A stretch of 64,000 nucleotides of DNA from Candidatus Poribacteria bacterium (lineage in GTDB: Bacteria; Poribacteria; WGA-4E; PCPOR2b): assembly GCA_965218095.1 (NCBI GenBank), contig OZ244587.1:3744001-3808000 (forward strand). The letters run 5' to 3'. The translations under genes were made by a program, and so were the position numbers. Shown here piece by piece: positions 39,468 to 49,280 of this stretch. The stretch's first letter is position 1. Each line of letters begins with the position of its first letter. The notes below the pieces were generated by a model, which ran no database searches, was not told where the DNA came from, and worked only from the letters and a program-made list of their open reading frames with translations.

Positions 39468-40397
39468 TCACTCCACGAGGTATTTGAACACCGCACCTAG
39501 GTTGTCATCGGGCGAATACAGTTGTTCAATCTTAATGTTGTTTTCAATCACGATCCCTGGCAAGCGTGAATAGAAATCATCTGGCTTGTGGGTTTCGAGC
39601 ACTAGACCGCCATCCAGTGAATCAAACTTAACGCTCACAACATCTTCAAAATCGACACAGATCGATGCCAACAAGCGGGGTTTGTCACAACTCAGGTAGA
39701 CATTGTGTGGATGTTCATCAATCAGCTCGCGGATGTGAGAGATGTTTCCTTCCGCCAGAATGCGCCCGTGATAGATGAGCAGGATGGTGCTTGTCATCGA
39801 TTCGATTTCGTGGAGAACATGGCTGGAAACGATAACGCTCACCCCGCTTTCGCCAAGTTCTCGGATTAGGCGAATTGTCTGTCGCCGTCCGATGGCATCC
39901 ATGCCTGCCAACGGCTCATCCAAAAAAAGCAGCTCAGGACCGTGAACGAGCGCTTGTGCTAACTTGATCCGCTGACGCATCCCCTTACTGTATGCCCCAA
40001 TACGTTTGTCCTTCGCTTCGACCAGATCGACGATTTCGATGACTTTCATTGTCCGCGCCTCCGTTTCCTCACGCGAATATCCATTGAGCATCGCCAGAAA
40101 CCGCACAAACTCAAAGCCCGTCATGAATTCGTAAAATGCATCCCCATCCGGACAGTATCCAACCCGACGATTGAGCTCTGGATTATTCCAGACACGTTCA
40201 TCGAGGACAGTCAGTGTGCCTCTGCTCGGTTTGAGTTGTCCCGTCATCAATTTGAGCAAAGTGGATTTCCCCGCGCCATTGGGCCCTAACAGCCCTGTCA
40301 CTCCTGCCTTGATGGTCAGTGTGATATCATTGACACCAATGACTTGGCCATACCATTTGGAAAGGTTCTCCGTCTGAACGAGATTTACGTTTGCCAT
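39468..40397 (-). CDS. ABC transporter ATP-binding protein
   Basis: GPNGAGKST, YSKGMRQR, LFLDEP, SSH; start set at MANVNL. Confidence 0.93.
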   Translation of the reverse strand: MANVNLVQTENLSKWYGQVIGVNDITLTIKAGVTGLLGPNGAGKSTLLKLMTGQLKPSRGTLTVLDERVWNNPELNRRVGYCPDGDAFYEFMTGFEFVRFLAMLNGYSREETEARTMKVIEIVDLVEAKDKRIGAYSKGMRQRIKLAQALVHGPELLFLDEPLAGMDAIGRRQTIRLIRELGESGVSVIVSSHVLHEIESMTSTILLIYHGRILAEGNISHIRELIDEHPHNVYLSCDKPRLLASICVDFEDVVSVKFDSLDGGLVLETHKPDDFYSRLPGIVIENNIKIEQLYSPDDNLGAVFKYLVE

Positions 40398-40807
40398 TTT
40401 CGTGAACCGTGATGCGTAACCATGATGTGTGATGAAAAAACTCACTTGTCATTAATAGGACTTACGCAAGCTCCATGCGAATCGCAGGAGATTTGAGTTG
40501 TTGTCGTAAATACTCCTCCAACACTCCGTGTTTGACCTGATAAATGGTTTGCTGGGTCTGATACGCCACGTGCTCGAGCCGAATCCAAACGAATAATGCA
40601 CAACCAATATGGTTGCGAACAAGCTGTGCCACTCGGCATTGACAACCTTCAACTCCTGTCAACTGTTTGGCTTGCCGGTGAAATTGCTCAATCTTCCAGC
40701 GCTAGTTACACGCCTGTTGTGCAACCGAAGTGTCGTTTTGAGCCAAGTCGTTGGTCACAACATAATCCGTGCGTCTGTTAGAAGACGCGACCCAGAAAAG
40801 TTTCACC

Positions 40808-40834
40808 CTCGATCTTATCGGGATTCAGAGCACC
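40808..40834 (+). repeat. 27-bp micro-insertion in the IS701 transposase (introduces TGA)
   Basis: CACC[CTCGATCTTATCGGGATTCAGAGCACC]; removal restores HKV-KLF. Confidence 0.85.
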
Positions 40835-40951
40835 TTGTGATGCTTGGGAAATCCGCTGATTTTGAGAAGTTTCCCGCGTCGGATTTTGGTCTCACTCCAC
40901 TGCAATCGATCAACACGCGGGTAAGGCTTTTGCGCATTGGAATCATCCACC

Positions 40952-40978
40952 CCGATAAGATCGAGATTCGAAGCAACC
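40952..40978 (+). repeat. 27-bp micro-insertion in the IS701 transposase, in frame +9 aa
   Basis: CACC[CCGATAAGATCGAGATTCGAAGCAACC]tg; protein NRQV[ASNLDLIGV]DDS. Confidence 0.87.
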
Positions 40979-41092
40979 TGACGATTGGATTTCAGCGGGC
41001 AATAGTAATGTTTTCGGAGCCGCTCAATGTGTATCATCAAATCTTTGGTGGCATACCAGCAATCCATAAGGAGAGTTGCTTGTGATAAACTA

Positions 41093-41930
41093 GGTTCTGT
41101 TGACATTTCAAGGGAGCCATATAAGAGTGGCGACAAAGCTGAGAAATCCAAAATAACGGATAGATAACTTCTCGAACCGAGAGAAGATGCGGCGATACCA
41201 TTTTATCTTGTTGATACCATTTTATCTTGTTAATGAAACATTCAACCCGATGTCTCTCTTTGTACAGATGTTTGTCGTAATCTCTTTGATCCACACGATG
41301 ACTTTTTGGCGGTATCACCGCAATCGCTCCATTCGCCTCAATAACCGCGATAAAATTGTCGGAGTCATATCCCTTGTCTCCAATCACATACTCGCTTTTA
41401 TATCCAAGTATCAACGCTTCTGCTTCCGCTATGTCGTTTCTTTGACCGGGGGTCAGATGTATTCTTAGTGGATTACCTAGGCCGTCAACTGTGATGTGAT
41501 TTTTTGTACTGAAACTGCCCCGAGACCGACCTAATGCTTGGTTTTCAGTCCCACCATTTTTTTTCGGCACCCGCCGCAGACGGGTGAGCGCGGCAGATGG
41601 TACTGTCCACAATAAGCGACTCGATATCGGGGTCAGAGGCGAAGTGGGGGTGGATCTGTGTGAAGACCCCTTTGTCGCACCACCGAGCAAACCGCTTATA
41701 GAGGGTGTTCGATTTACCATAGGTGTCTGGCAGAATCCGCCATTGAGCACCGCTACGGGTCGTCCAGAGAACAGCTTCGATAAAGCGGCGTGTTGTCGCT
41801 TCGTTGCCAACATAGATGGTGGGACAAGTTAGAAGAAACGAGTATATCTTTTTCCATTGGTCATCGGGTAAGGTTATTGGCATCATTCTTCTATTATGCC
41901 ACAACCTTATACTCAAATGTCAACAGAACC
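41093..41930 (-). mobile_element. IS5-family element, copy 2 (inactivated)
   Basis: Same TIRs; 19-bp tandem duplication at 41194-41231 and an altered slippery region. Confidence 0.93.
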
Positions 41931-42525
41931 TAGTAGGGATAACATCTCCTTAACGTAATCTAATTTGCTCTTGCCATCCCCCTGTGGGTCGTACAGAAAC
42001 GGTCTAAGGCGGGATTGACATAGACACAAGTCACCACACCGATACCGTTGCTTTCGCGTTTCCACTATACTGACGACGCACCAACGCGATGTTCCGGGCG
42101 TAGCGTTTGTCCAAAACGGTGTCATCAAAGATGACATTTCCCTGTTGGGTTTGCACAATGTGCGGTTTGACATTTTCCCATACCAAGCGAGGCAGGATAC
42201 GCTCACCGGCGAGATAACGGTTTATCATATCATGACTGAAACTTCTGCTATGGTCAGCGAAATGGGTTAAGGTATAGTTGATTGGGCTGCTGAGCAAATA
42301 CTGACAGTAGTTGAGTCGAGTGGGTTTGGCCATATTCACCTCCATGCTGCTCATTCTACTGCTTTTCACCGCTTGTGTCTATTTATTTTGCGTAAGTCCT
42401 AATTAATATATGATTAACAGTTGTTAAAAGTTTCCTAAAAAATCACCCCAAAACAAACAGGCAGATTACATGTTAATTTTATCATAACTAATGTTAGGTC
42501 AAAACATCCCCAATGCTATCGTGGA

Positions 42526-43419
42526 CTACTCCTCAAGAGTGAACCGATATGGAATCCGTATCCGCATAGGCACGGCTGTTTTCCCTTGCTTGGCTGGAGC
42601 AAAGCGAGAGGCTTTCAGGGCTTTAACCGCCGCCTCATCGCAGCCGAATCCTAACGATTCCACCACCTGAATGTCTCTTGCCATTCTGTCCACGCCGATT
42701 GTCGCTTCAAGCATGACCACGCCTTCCTTTTGAGCGCGGCGGGCGGGTTCCGGGTAATCTAGCTTAACCCCTTTGATGAAGTGAGGTCGCTGGACGATTT
42801 CACCTGGTGCCTCAGTGGGGAGGTCAACGAGGGTTAGATCTGGAGCAGTCTCCAACTCAAGTTTCGAGATAATCAATGTAGAGCGCTGGAGTTTAAGTTT
42901 TGGCATCGTCGAAGGGATTTCTGCCCGGTAATCCTCCGCCAGATTTTTATCAAGCCTTTCTGCAATCGAAACCCCACCATCGGAAGGAACACCCGCCGGG
43001 ATAGACAGATTGTCACTAGGAATGGTAAACCGCGCATCCTCCGATGGAATTTCGACCGCTGTTGTGGTTGGCTGCCGTAACTGTGTCGTCCGAATTCGTA
43101 GGGATTTGGGGGGCGTTACGCTTTTTATTTTTCGAGGCGGCAGGCGGCGTTTGGCTTTCGGGGCAGCCCGCACTTTCGTAAGTTCCACGATAACAGCATC
43201 ATCCTCGACGTTTGCCGCTTGAACGATGTAGAGGGTTGCCACCAACGCCGCAATGAGATGGAGACCGAGAGAGGTCAGCAACGCAAAACGCTTGGAGGTA
43301 AGGGCCTGATTGCCTTTTGCCGGATCCGCAGCCATTTGCACGGCAGAAATCGCCTTTTTCTGTTCTCGATCTAGTGAAAGGGGCTTCAACGGAACAGAAG
43401 CCGGCAGGCCAACTTTCAA
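42526..43419 (-). CDS. TonB family energy transducer
   Basis: TM helix SLGLHLIA, Pro-rich linker, YPEPARRAQKEGVV, GFGCDEAA, RFAPAKQ; start uncertain (ATG 43335 possible). Confidence 0.88.
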   Translation of the reverse strand: MKVGLPASVPLKPLSLDREQKKAISAVQMAADPAKGNQALTSKRFALLTSLGLHLIAALVATLYIVQAANVEDDAVIVELTKVRAAPKAKRRLPPRKIKSVTPPKSLRIRTTQLRQPTTTAVEIPSEDARFTIPSDNLSIPAGVPSDGGVSIAERLDKNLAEDYRAEIPSTMPKLKLQRSTLIISKLELETAPDLTLVDLPTEAPGEIVQRPHFIKGVKLDYPEPARRAQKEGVVMLEATIGVDRMARDIQVVESLGFGCDEAAVKALKASRFAPAKQGKTAVPMRIRIPYRFTLEE

Positions 43420-43631
43420 CCGCTTTCGGCACTGGACGATTTCCTTCGCCGATCTTGTTTGGCACTTAGATATTCGGGAAGTGTGTTGTTTTGGATATTC
43501 ATCATAGCTTTTACGTCCAGGGTTGGAAGTTCAGGCACAGCAGGGGTTTACTTCCTTCCATCCTTCCTTTCTTTTTCGCTGTTAGTGGGACAAGAACAGA
43601 GAAAATTGATTTTTCAGAGGTCATTGACAAC

Positions 43632-45977
43632 TCACCCTGACTCTGCCGGTTCGATTCGTTGCTGCGATTCCGCTTCGTCCGAAATCTGGCCCCAGTCCCA
43701 AAGTTGCGGGATATACTCGACGTTTGCCCACATTTCTGCCTGGTCAGCATAGTGTGGACTTCCAGGGTGGCCCGATGCTCCCAACGGCACAATCCATCGG
43801 GACTTCGTCCAATCTGACGGGTCGTGGATGTAACGATTGACGGACATGCCCGTGGCGATGAATTCATTGTGGAGCGCGTAACTCCCGGCAAGCGGCGTGT
43901 CGCCGTCACCGTGAATCGGGACCGAGGGAGGATTCAGCAGTTCGGCAAGTTCCGGAAACACCAACGAGAGCGGGTGTTGCGGACACGTGTGGTGGAGACT
44001 GCCCCACTGCCACTTCGACATATCGTCACCGAGCCGTTCTCTGAGGTCCGCGACAGCACGCCGGAGTGCGGAAGCCAACACGCCCCACCAATCGTGCCCG
44101 GGCGGCAGCATGGAATTGTCACCCTGCTCAAGTGCCAGATTCATCGCCACGACAATCTGACGGACATGCGCGTCGCCCCCTGCGACGCCTGAAAATACCT
44201 CCTCAGCCATATCTCCCATCAGGTAATCGAGAAGGAAGCGGATGACTTGCGTCTTGGTCTTGGCGTAAATTAACGGCTGGGCTAGGTCGCGGTCTATACT
44301 GTAGTCCCACGCTCGCAGCAAAGCCAACGCCTCTGCTGAATCTTCGTCAAGCGGCGTGACGCCAACCAGCGCTTCTGTGAAGATACGCGCCGGATTTGAA
44401 ATGCGTTCGGCGTGAATACGCGCCATATCGTCGACGGTTGCCGTTCCCGGTTTGAGCGCAAGAATCCGTGTTTGAACGCGTCGGGCGCGATACTCAGATG
44501 TGAAAGACAGCCCCACATAGTACGGGTAGTCGTGACCAGCGACACGCTGGTTGCAGGTGACTGCGTACCCGGTGTCCGGGTTGATGGCTTTTGGAAGTTC
44601 GTTGTGGGGGATGTAGCCGTTCCACTCATATTCGCCGGTGCAGCCCGGCACTGCCCGCCAGCCGTTTGATTCGGGCCGAATCGGAATTTTGCCCTCGTGC
44701 AGGTAACCAAAGTTTCCATACACATCGCCGACAGCGTAGTTATTCACACGGTCTGTCCAGTTGCGGAACGCTTCATGCAATTCATCCACGGACTTCGCTC
44801 GCATGGCACCGCGTGCGGCATCGACCCACTGGGAGCCCGCAATGAGACCTGGATCGCTGATTGCCACAGCCGTTCCTGATGCGGGGGGCCCGGCGACAAC
44901 GGGACCGTGATGGGTAATTGTCACCTCAAGCGGTACCGAGTCAGCACCACGCACCTCGATTGTTTCGCTGAGAACCTCGGCGGGCCGCCATTCGTCCTTG
45001 AACAGATACTCACGACCATTTGGCCCCTCACGGAAGCATTCAATGAAGAGGTCTTGCGTATCCGCCCCACCATGCGTCATCCCCCACGCGACATATTCGT
45101 TGTGGCAGAAGTGGAGTGTGCCCGGCATCCCCGGCACAGCGTGGCCAATAACCGTGAATTCGGGGCACGATAGGTGAACTTGGTAGTAAACGCTCGGCGT
45201 GTCAAGAGCGCGATGCGAGTCACCGCACACCAGTGGCAGTCCCGATTTGGTAAGTTCGCCGGAAATCGACCAGCCATTTGACCCCGCGTCCACCTCATCA
45301 AGCCAGTTGGCCGCTTCAGCAGCCTCGCTCAGTTCATCAAGCCCCTCAAGCGGAGGCCCTTCGTAAATGTCGCTAGGCGGTACAGTGAGTAGGTGACCAT
45401 TCGGGTATCCTTTCATGAGTTCAGCGAGCTTCTCCGGCCCGAGCGCCTTTACCAAGCGCATCCGGAAGAGCTTCGGTTCGAACGTTCCCAAGAGCGTATT
45501 GCGCATCTTGTAGATGGCAAGACAATGCCAGTTCTCCCAGCGTTCGGGCGTTTGGTCAAGAATTTTGTACTCAATAGGCAGCGCTTGGCATGTGTTGAGG
45601 AAAGCATTCACACCAGCCGTGTACGCATCAACCATAACCTTGGCTTTAGGGCTGCTGATTTTGTAGTCGAGCTTTGCGGTGCGGCCCATTCCCGCCGTTC
45701 GCAACAGACGGTCTTGAGCAACTCCACTTGGTCCGGCGAACTCCGCCCATCTCCCGAGCACCCGATGCCGGTCAAAATCCATGTGCCAAAGCCGATCCTG
45801 AGCGGTTACGAAACCCTGTGCAAAAAATAGGTCATTCTCGTCCTTCGCCTTGATGTGAGGAATGCCCCACCGGTCCCGATACACTTCAACGGGGTTGTGG
45901 AGTCCCGAAAAGCGCATTGTGGTGGTGACATTGGGCAGGGCAGCTTTCAAGTCTTTTTCCGTAATTTCCACTGGCAT
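43632..45977 (-). CDS. Penicillin acylase family Ntn-hydrolase
   Basis: RDRWGIPHI, AQGFVTAQDRLWHMD, nucleophile GSNGW, GASGHPGSPHYADQ; no signal peptide. Confidence 0.94.
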   Translation of the reverse strand: MPVEITEKDLKAALPNVTTTMRFSGLHNPVEVYRDRWGIPHIKAKDENDLFFAQGFVTAQDRLWHMDFDRHRVLGRWAEFAGPSGVAQDRLLRTAGMGRTAKLDYKISSPKAKVMVDAYTAGVNAFLNTCQALPIEYKILDQTPERWENWHCLAIYKMRNTLLGTFEPKLFRMRLVKALGPEKLAELMKGYPNGHLLTVPPSDIYEGPPLEGLDELSEAAEAANWLDEVDAGSNGWSISGELTKSGLPLVCGDSHRALDTPSVYYQVHLSCPEFTVIGHAVPGMPGTLHFCHNEYVAWGMTHGGADTQDLFIECFREGPNGREYLFKDEWRPAEVLSETIEVRGADSVPLEVTITHHGPVVAGPPASGTAVAISDPGLIAGSQWVDAARGAMRAKSVDELHEAFRNWTDRVNNYAVGDVYGNFGYLHEGKIPIRPESNGWRAVPGCTGEYEWNGYIPHNELPKAINPDTGYAVTCNQRVAGHDYPYYVGLSFTSEYRARRVQTRILALKPGTATVDDMARIHAERISNPARIFTEALVGVTPLDEDSAEALALLRAWDYSIDRDLAQPLIYAKTKTQVIRFLLDYLMGDMAEEVFSGVAGGDAHVRQIVVAMNLALEQGDNSMLPPGHDWWGVLASALRRAVADLRERLGDDMSKWQWGSLHHTCPQHPLSLVFPELAELLNPPSVPIHGDGDTPLAGSYALHNEFIATGMSVNRYIHDPSDWTKSRWIVPLGASGHPGSPHYADQAEMWANVEYIPQLWDWGQISDEAESQQRIEPAESG

Positions 45978-46063
45978 TGTTTTCTTCCTCTGCAGATAAT
46001 ATGATTTCTCGTAGCGTTACACGGTTGTCCTGCATCATCCATGGACGTTTATTCTAGCTTGCA

Positions 46064-46831
46064 TTACTGCGCGACTTCGGTACGCTTCTTCTGCCAACGC
46101 TCATACCAGTCTAGCAACTCAGGCGTTGGCGCGATATCGTGGATGGTGACGCGCTTACGGTCGGGCAGGTAATTTCCGATGTGCCAGCCGTTGGGATGAT
46201 AAAGCGCGAAATCGCCCGCGTCCATGGACAGCCGCACTGCCCGCGGCATGCCCTGGGCATATTCAAGGCATTTCCGCTCACGCTCTTCATAGGAGGCATT
46301 TTCGGGCGGCAGTGATGCTTCGGCAGCGGCAACCTCGTCAGGCAGATCATCTCGCAGGTAGCTCCCCGGCACGTACCAGGTACAGTTGTCCTCATACAAC
46401 GGACAGTTAATCTGATTGAACCACAGTGGGTCGTGGGCTAGATGGCGAAACTCCTCCACGTCTGGCACATTCGACGTCTCGCGGATGTCGCGGTGCCATT
46501 TGGTGCACCAAGGTTGTTCAGCAGGTTCAAGCAGAAGCCCGGTCCTGTTGAAGTGGCCCATCTTGTGTCGCGGTGTGAGCACCTTGCTGATAGCATCCGC
46601 AAGTGCTGGTAGGTCTGCGTAATCCTGAAAAGGCCTGAAATCGATGTCGTAGTTCGCAATGGGCTGAAGCCGTTGAGACTGTGGGCCATGCTGTTCGCGG
46701 GCATACGCATGCGCCTTCTTGGTCGCCCGGCGCAGGTCTTTGACGAGCGACGGCGGCAGAATCTGCCGAAACACTACATAGCCCTGCGTGCGATAATCGT
46801 GAATCATAGAATCACAGAATTGGAACGCCAT
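46064..46831 (-). CDS. PhyH family 2OG-Fe(II) oxygenase
   Basis: YRTQGYVV, WHRD, YVPGS, AGD...WHIG and R motifs. Confidence 0.85.
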   Translation of the reverse strand: MAFQFCDSMIHDYRTQGYVVFRQILPPSLVKDLRRATKKAHAYAREQHGPQSQRLQPIANYDIDFRPFQDYADLPALADAISKVLTPRHKMGHFNRTGLLLEPAEQPWCTKWHRDIRETSNVPDVEEFRHLAHDPLWFNQINCPLYEDNCTWYVPGSYLRDDLPDEVAAAEASLPPENASYEERERKCLEYAQGMPRAVRLSMDAGDFALYHPNGWHIGNYLPDRKRVTIHDIAPTPELLDWYERWQKKRTEVAQ

Positions 46832-46907
46832 GGCCGTTTTCCTCTTGGGTCTGTAAAATTTTTGTCAGATTCCTTACACACCTTTTCCTCTTAATCCCGT
46901 TGACTTT

Positions 46908-47927
46908 TCACTCGATGACTTCTTGCGCAATGACCATCATCGTATCACCCTTCTTGACGAGGGCTTGGAATTGCTGCATCAGAAGATACCCGTTGCGAGG
47001 GGCGTGAATCTCTAATCCGGGGCTGCCAACTCGTTCAAAATCGCAGATTCGCCCAACAAGCTGCCCCTGTTCCACAAAATTGCCAACTCTGAAAATCGGT
47101 TCAAAAACGCCGGTAATCGGCGCAGGGATGTACTCATCGAGATGGATTGCCGTTACTAACTTGGGAGGCGTGTCCCGATTCAAATCTATCTTCCTGATTT
47201 CCCCAGGCAGAATCTGATAGTGATGTAGCACATTCTTGATGCCCTGATAGGCATGCTGCAAGCCTTGATGCAGCACCCCGGCAGAATGTCCCAACTCGCT
47301 GCCGATGGTGACCTTGCCCATCGCTTCCGCCTCATCAGTCAACAATCCACTCGCCATCTCACTGGAGTATATCATGATAAATGGGGTGTCGAACAGGCCG
47401 GCAATATGTTTCATCTCCACGTACTGTTTAGGGTCATCGATCTGGTGAAACGAGGAGCATAGGGCAAATTCGGGCCCATTACCCGCCGAGTGAATGTCAA
47501 GTACGATGTTTACTAGCGGAAAGACCCTGGACGTTATGAAGTGGGCAATGCGGTACGTCAAAGTTCCTTTTGAGTCACCGGGGAAAGCACGGTTCATATT
47601 CACCCCGTCCTCCGGCGATTCACGGGTGCCGGCGTCACATGCTGGAACGTTCAAACGAGGAATCAGGATGACTCGCCCGCTAATTTCCGCCGGATCAAGC
47701 TCGTGCATCAGCCGCCATACTGCCACCTGCCCCTCATACTCATTGCCGTGTGTGCCACCGAAACAGACAACGTTCTTGCCTGGTCCGGCCGTCCCGTTGA
47801 TGACCGTCATCGGGACCAAGGTGTTGCCCCATGTTCCATCGTAGTGAAACGCCACTTCATACATCGATTTGCCAGGCTTCTCAAAATCGATGAGGTCGTG
47901 GTCGTGAATTGTTGTGACATCGTTCAT
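46908..47927 (-). CDS. Succinylglutamate desuccinylase / aspartoacylase family deacylase
   Basis: GGTHGNEYEG, NMNRAFPG, LDIHS, ELG motifs; C-terminal biotinyl-like GD. Confidence 0.92.
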   Translation of the reverse strand: MNDVTTIHDHDLIDFEKPGKSMYEVAFHYDGTWGNTLVPMTVINGTAGPGKNVVCFGGTHGNEYEGQVAVWRLMHELDPAEISGRVILIPRLNVPACDAGTRESPEDGVNMNRAFPGDSKGTLTYRIAHFITSRVFPLVNIVLDIHSAGNGPEFALCSSFHQIDDPKQYVEMKHIAGLFDTPFIMIYSSEMASGLLTDEAEAMGKVTIGSELGHSAGVLHQGLQHAYQGIKNVLHHYQILPGEIRKIDLNRDTPPKLVTAIHLDEYIPAPITGVFEPIFRVGNFVEQGQLVGRICDFERVGSPGLEIHAPRNGYLLMQQFQALVKKGDTMMVIAQEVIE

Positions 47928-47992
47928 CGCTTAAATATCTCCTTAAGAAAAGAATCAACCTCCCGAAGGTTCTAAACCTTCGGAACGCTTTA

Positions 47993-48130
47993 GGTTCTGT
48001 TGACATTTGATGGATTGAACCAATCCTGATGCACCTTGAGGCGATTTCGGATAACCGCCTGGGTTTTTGGCGGGTAGCGCGATGATTACAGCGTTTCCCA
48101 AATTCGCGATGGCAAAATGTCAACAGAACC
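47993..48130. mobile_element. 138-bp MITE with the IS5-copy TIRs
   Basis: TA-GGTTCTGTTGACATTT ... AAATGTCAACAGAACC-TA with a non-coding interior. Confidence 0.9.
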
Positions 48131-48181
48131 TAGGTCTTTCAAGGAAAATAATTCTCCCAGACTGCTCCCATCGGAGGGGTT

Positions 48182-48345
48182 CTCCCCCTTCGGCTGAGCT
48201 CAGGTCCAAGCCTTGCCAAGGGGGAGTTAGAGGGGGTTGGTGCTTTGCACCATTGCCAAATCCGACGGTTCGGATCCGGTTATGGCCCCGATGGATCGAG
48301 ATTCAAAGCGACTTGGATTTGGCAATCCAAGCCAAGCGAGTGGGA
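48182..48345. repeat. Cluster of REP-like palindromes carrying micro-insertions (48191-48214 and about 48288-48313)
   Basis: CTCCCCCTT[24 bp]GCCAAGGGGGAG; TTGCCAAATCC...GGATTTGGCAA enclosing CCGATGGATCGAGATTCAAAGCGAC. Confidence 0.75.
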
Positions 48346-48380
48346 TGTTTTATTTCTTGCAAAAACCTTATTGACGCATT

Positions 48381-49247
48381 TCAGCCAATCCCCAACCGCT
48401 CACAGATTTCGTCCAATTCCCGCTGAGCCATGTCGTCGAGTGGGGCGGATCCCGGAGAACGCCAGCGAGGGGATTTGATAACACCTTCGCGGTAGAGGAT
48501 CTCCTTGTGAACAAGCCCTCCCACGCGGAGAATTGGGGCAATCTCACGTTCCCAGACCTCACGCGCTGTAGTCTCGTCACTGGACTGCCAGTGGTCCCAA
48601 ACCTCGACGAAGGCGTGCGGTCGGCTCGGCCAGGGCATGGTGCCTTGCGATCCACGTCGTAATTCTTCGATCAGGTACGACCCGCTCGCGCCACCAAATA
48701 CTGTGACCAGATCGGCTCCATGCTGAACCGCCTCGTATACCTTCTGCGCTGGCGGTGCGTTCTCGACTTTGGCATAACGGACCCGTTCGCTCTCCTCGGC
48801 GATCTGTCGCAGAAGCGATCCGCCAAGCGCCGTACCTGCTTCCTGAACGAAGATGGGGATACCGACAGCATCTGATATTGCCTTGAAGTATGCCTTTTTT
48901 TCGTCCACCGGCACATCTGCTGCAGGGGGTGTGCACATCACCGCCGTTGCTCCGAGGTCTTCAGTTTGCTGGCTATATTGCACGGTTGCGTAGGTTGACA
49001 CCGCGCCGGTGTTCACAACGACTGGCACCCGGCCGCGTGCCTGCTCGATCACCACTTGGGTAACACACAGTCGCTCGGTGTCAGTGAGTTTCATAATCTC
49101 TGTGGCGAACGCTATCACCACGCCGTGGACCCCGGCGCTGATGTTGTACTCCACGACGCTCCTCAAGCTGTCCTCATCGACACGGTCCTGTTCATCAAAG
49201 GGCGTCACCAGGACCGGAAACATACCGCGCATAGGTTGTTGGGACAT
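48381..49247 (-). CDS. Dihydrodipicolinate synthase / N-acetylneuraminate lyase family aldolase
   Basis: PVLVTPFD, GRVPVVV, CTPP, Schiff-base Lys in YAKVE. Confidence 0.9.
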   Translation of the reverse strand: MSQQPMRGMFPVLVTPFDEQDRVDEDSLRSVVEYNISAGVHGVVIAFATEIMKLTDTERLCVTQVVIEQARGRVPVVVNTGAVSTYATVQYSQQTEDLGATAVMCTPPAADVPVDEKKAYFKAISDAVGIPIFVQEAGTALGGSLLRQIAEESERVRYAKVENAPPAQKVYEAVQHGADLVTVFGGASGSYLIEELRRGSQGTMPWPSRPHAFVEVWDHWQSSDETTAREVWEREIAPILRVGGLVHKEILYREGVIKSPRWRSPGSAPLDDMAQRELDEICERLGIG

Positions 49248-49280
49248 TTCATGTACCTCCTTGGTTTCCCTGTTTCAAAT

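Larger units (their letters stand above)
40456..42401 (-). mobile_element. Decayed IS701-family element interrupted by an IS5 copy and two micro-insertions
   Basis: TIR TAGGACTTACGCAA / TTGCGTAAGTCCTA; 5-bp direct repeat ATTAA; fragments YCQYLLSSPINYTLT, IFDDTVLDK, LMDCWYA, CQCR...RNHIGCA. Confidence 0.9.

Noticed and set aside
4916-48313. Micro-repeats as CRISPR repeats
   Set aside because: Copies are dispersed, nested and in both orientations, with no regular spacers and no cas genes.
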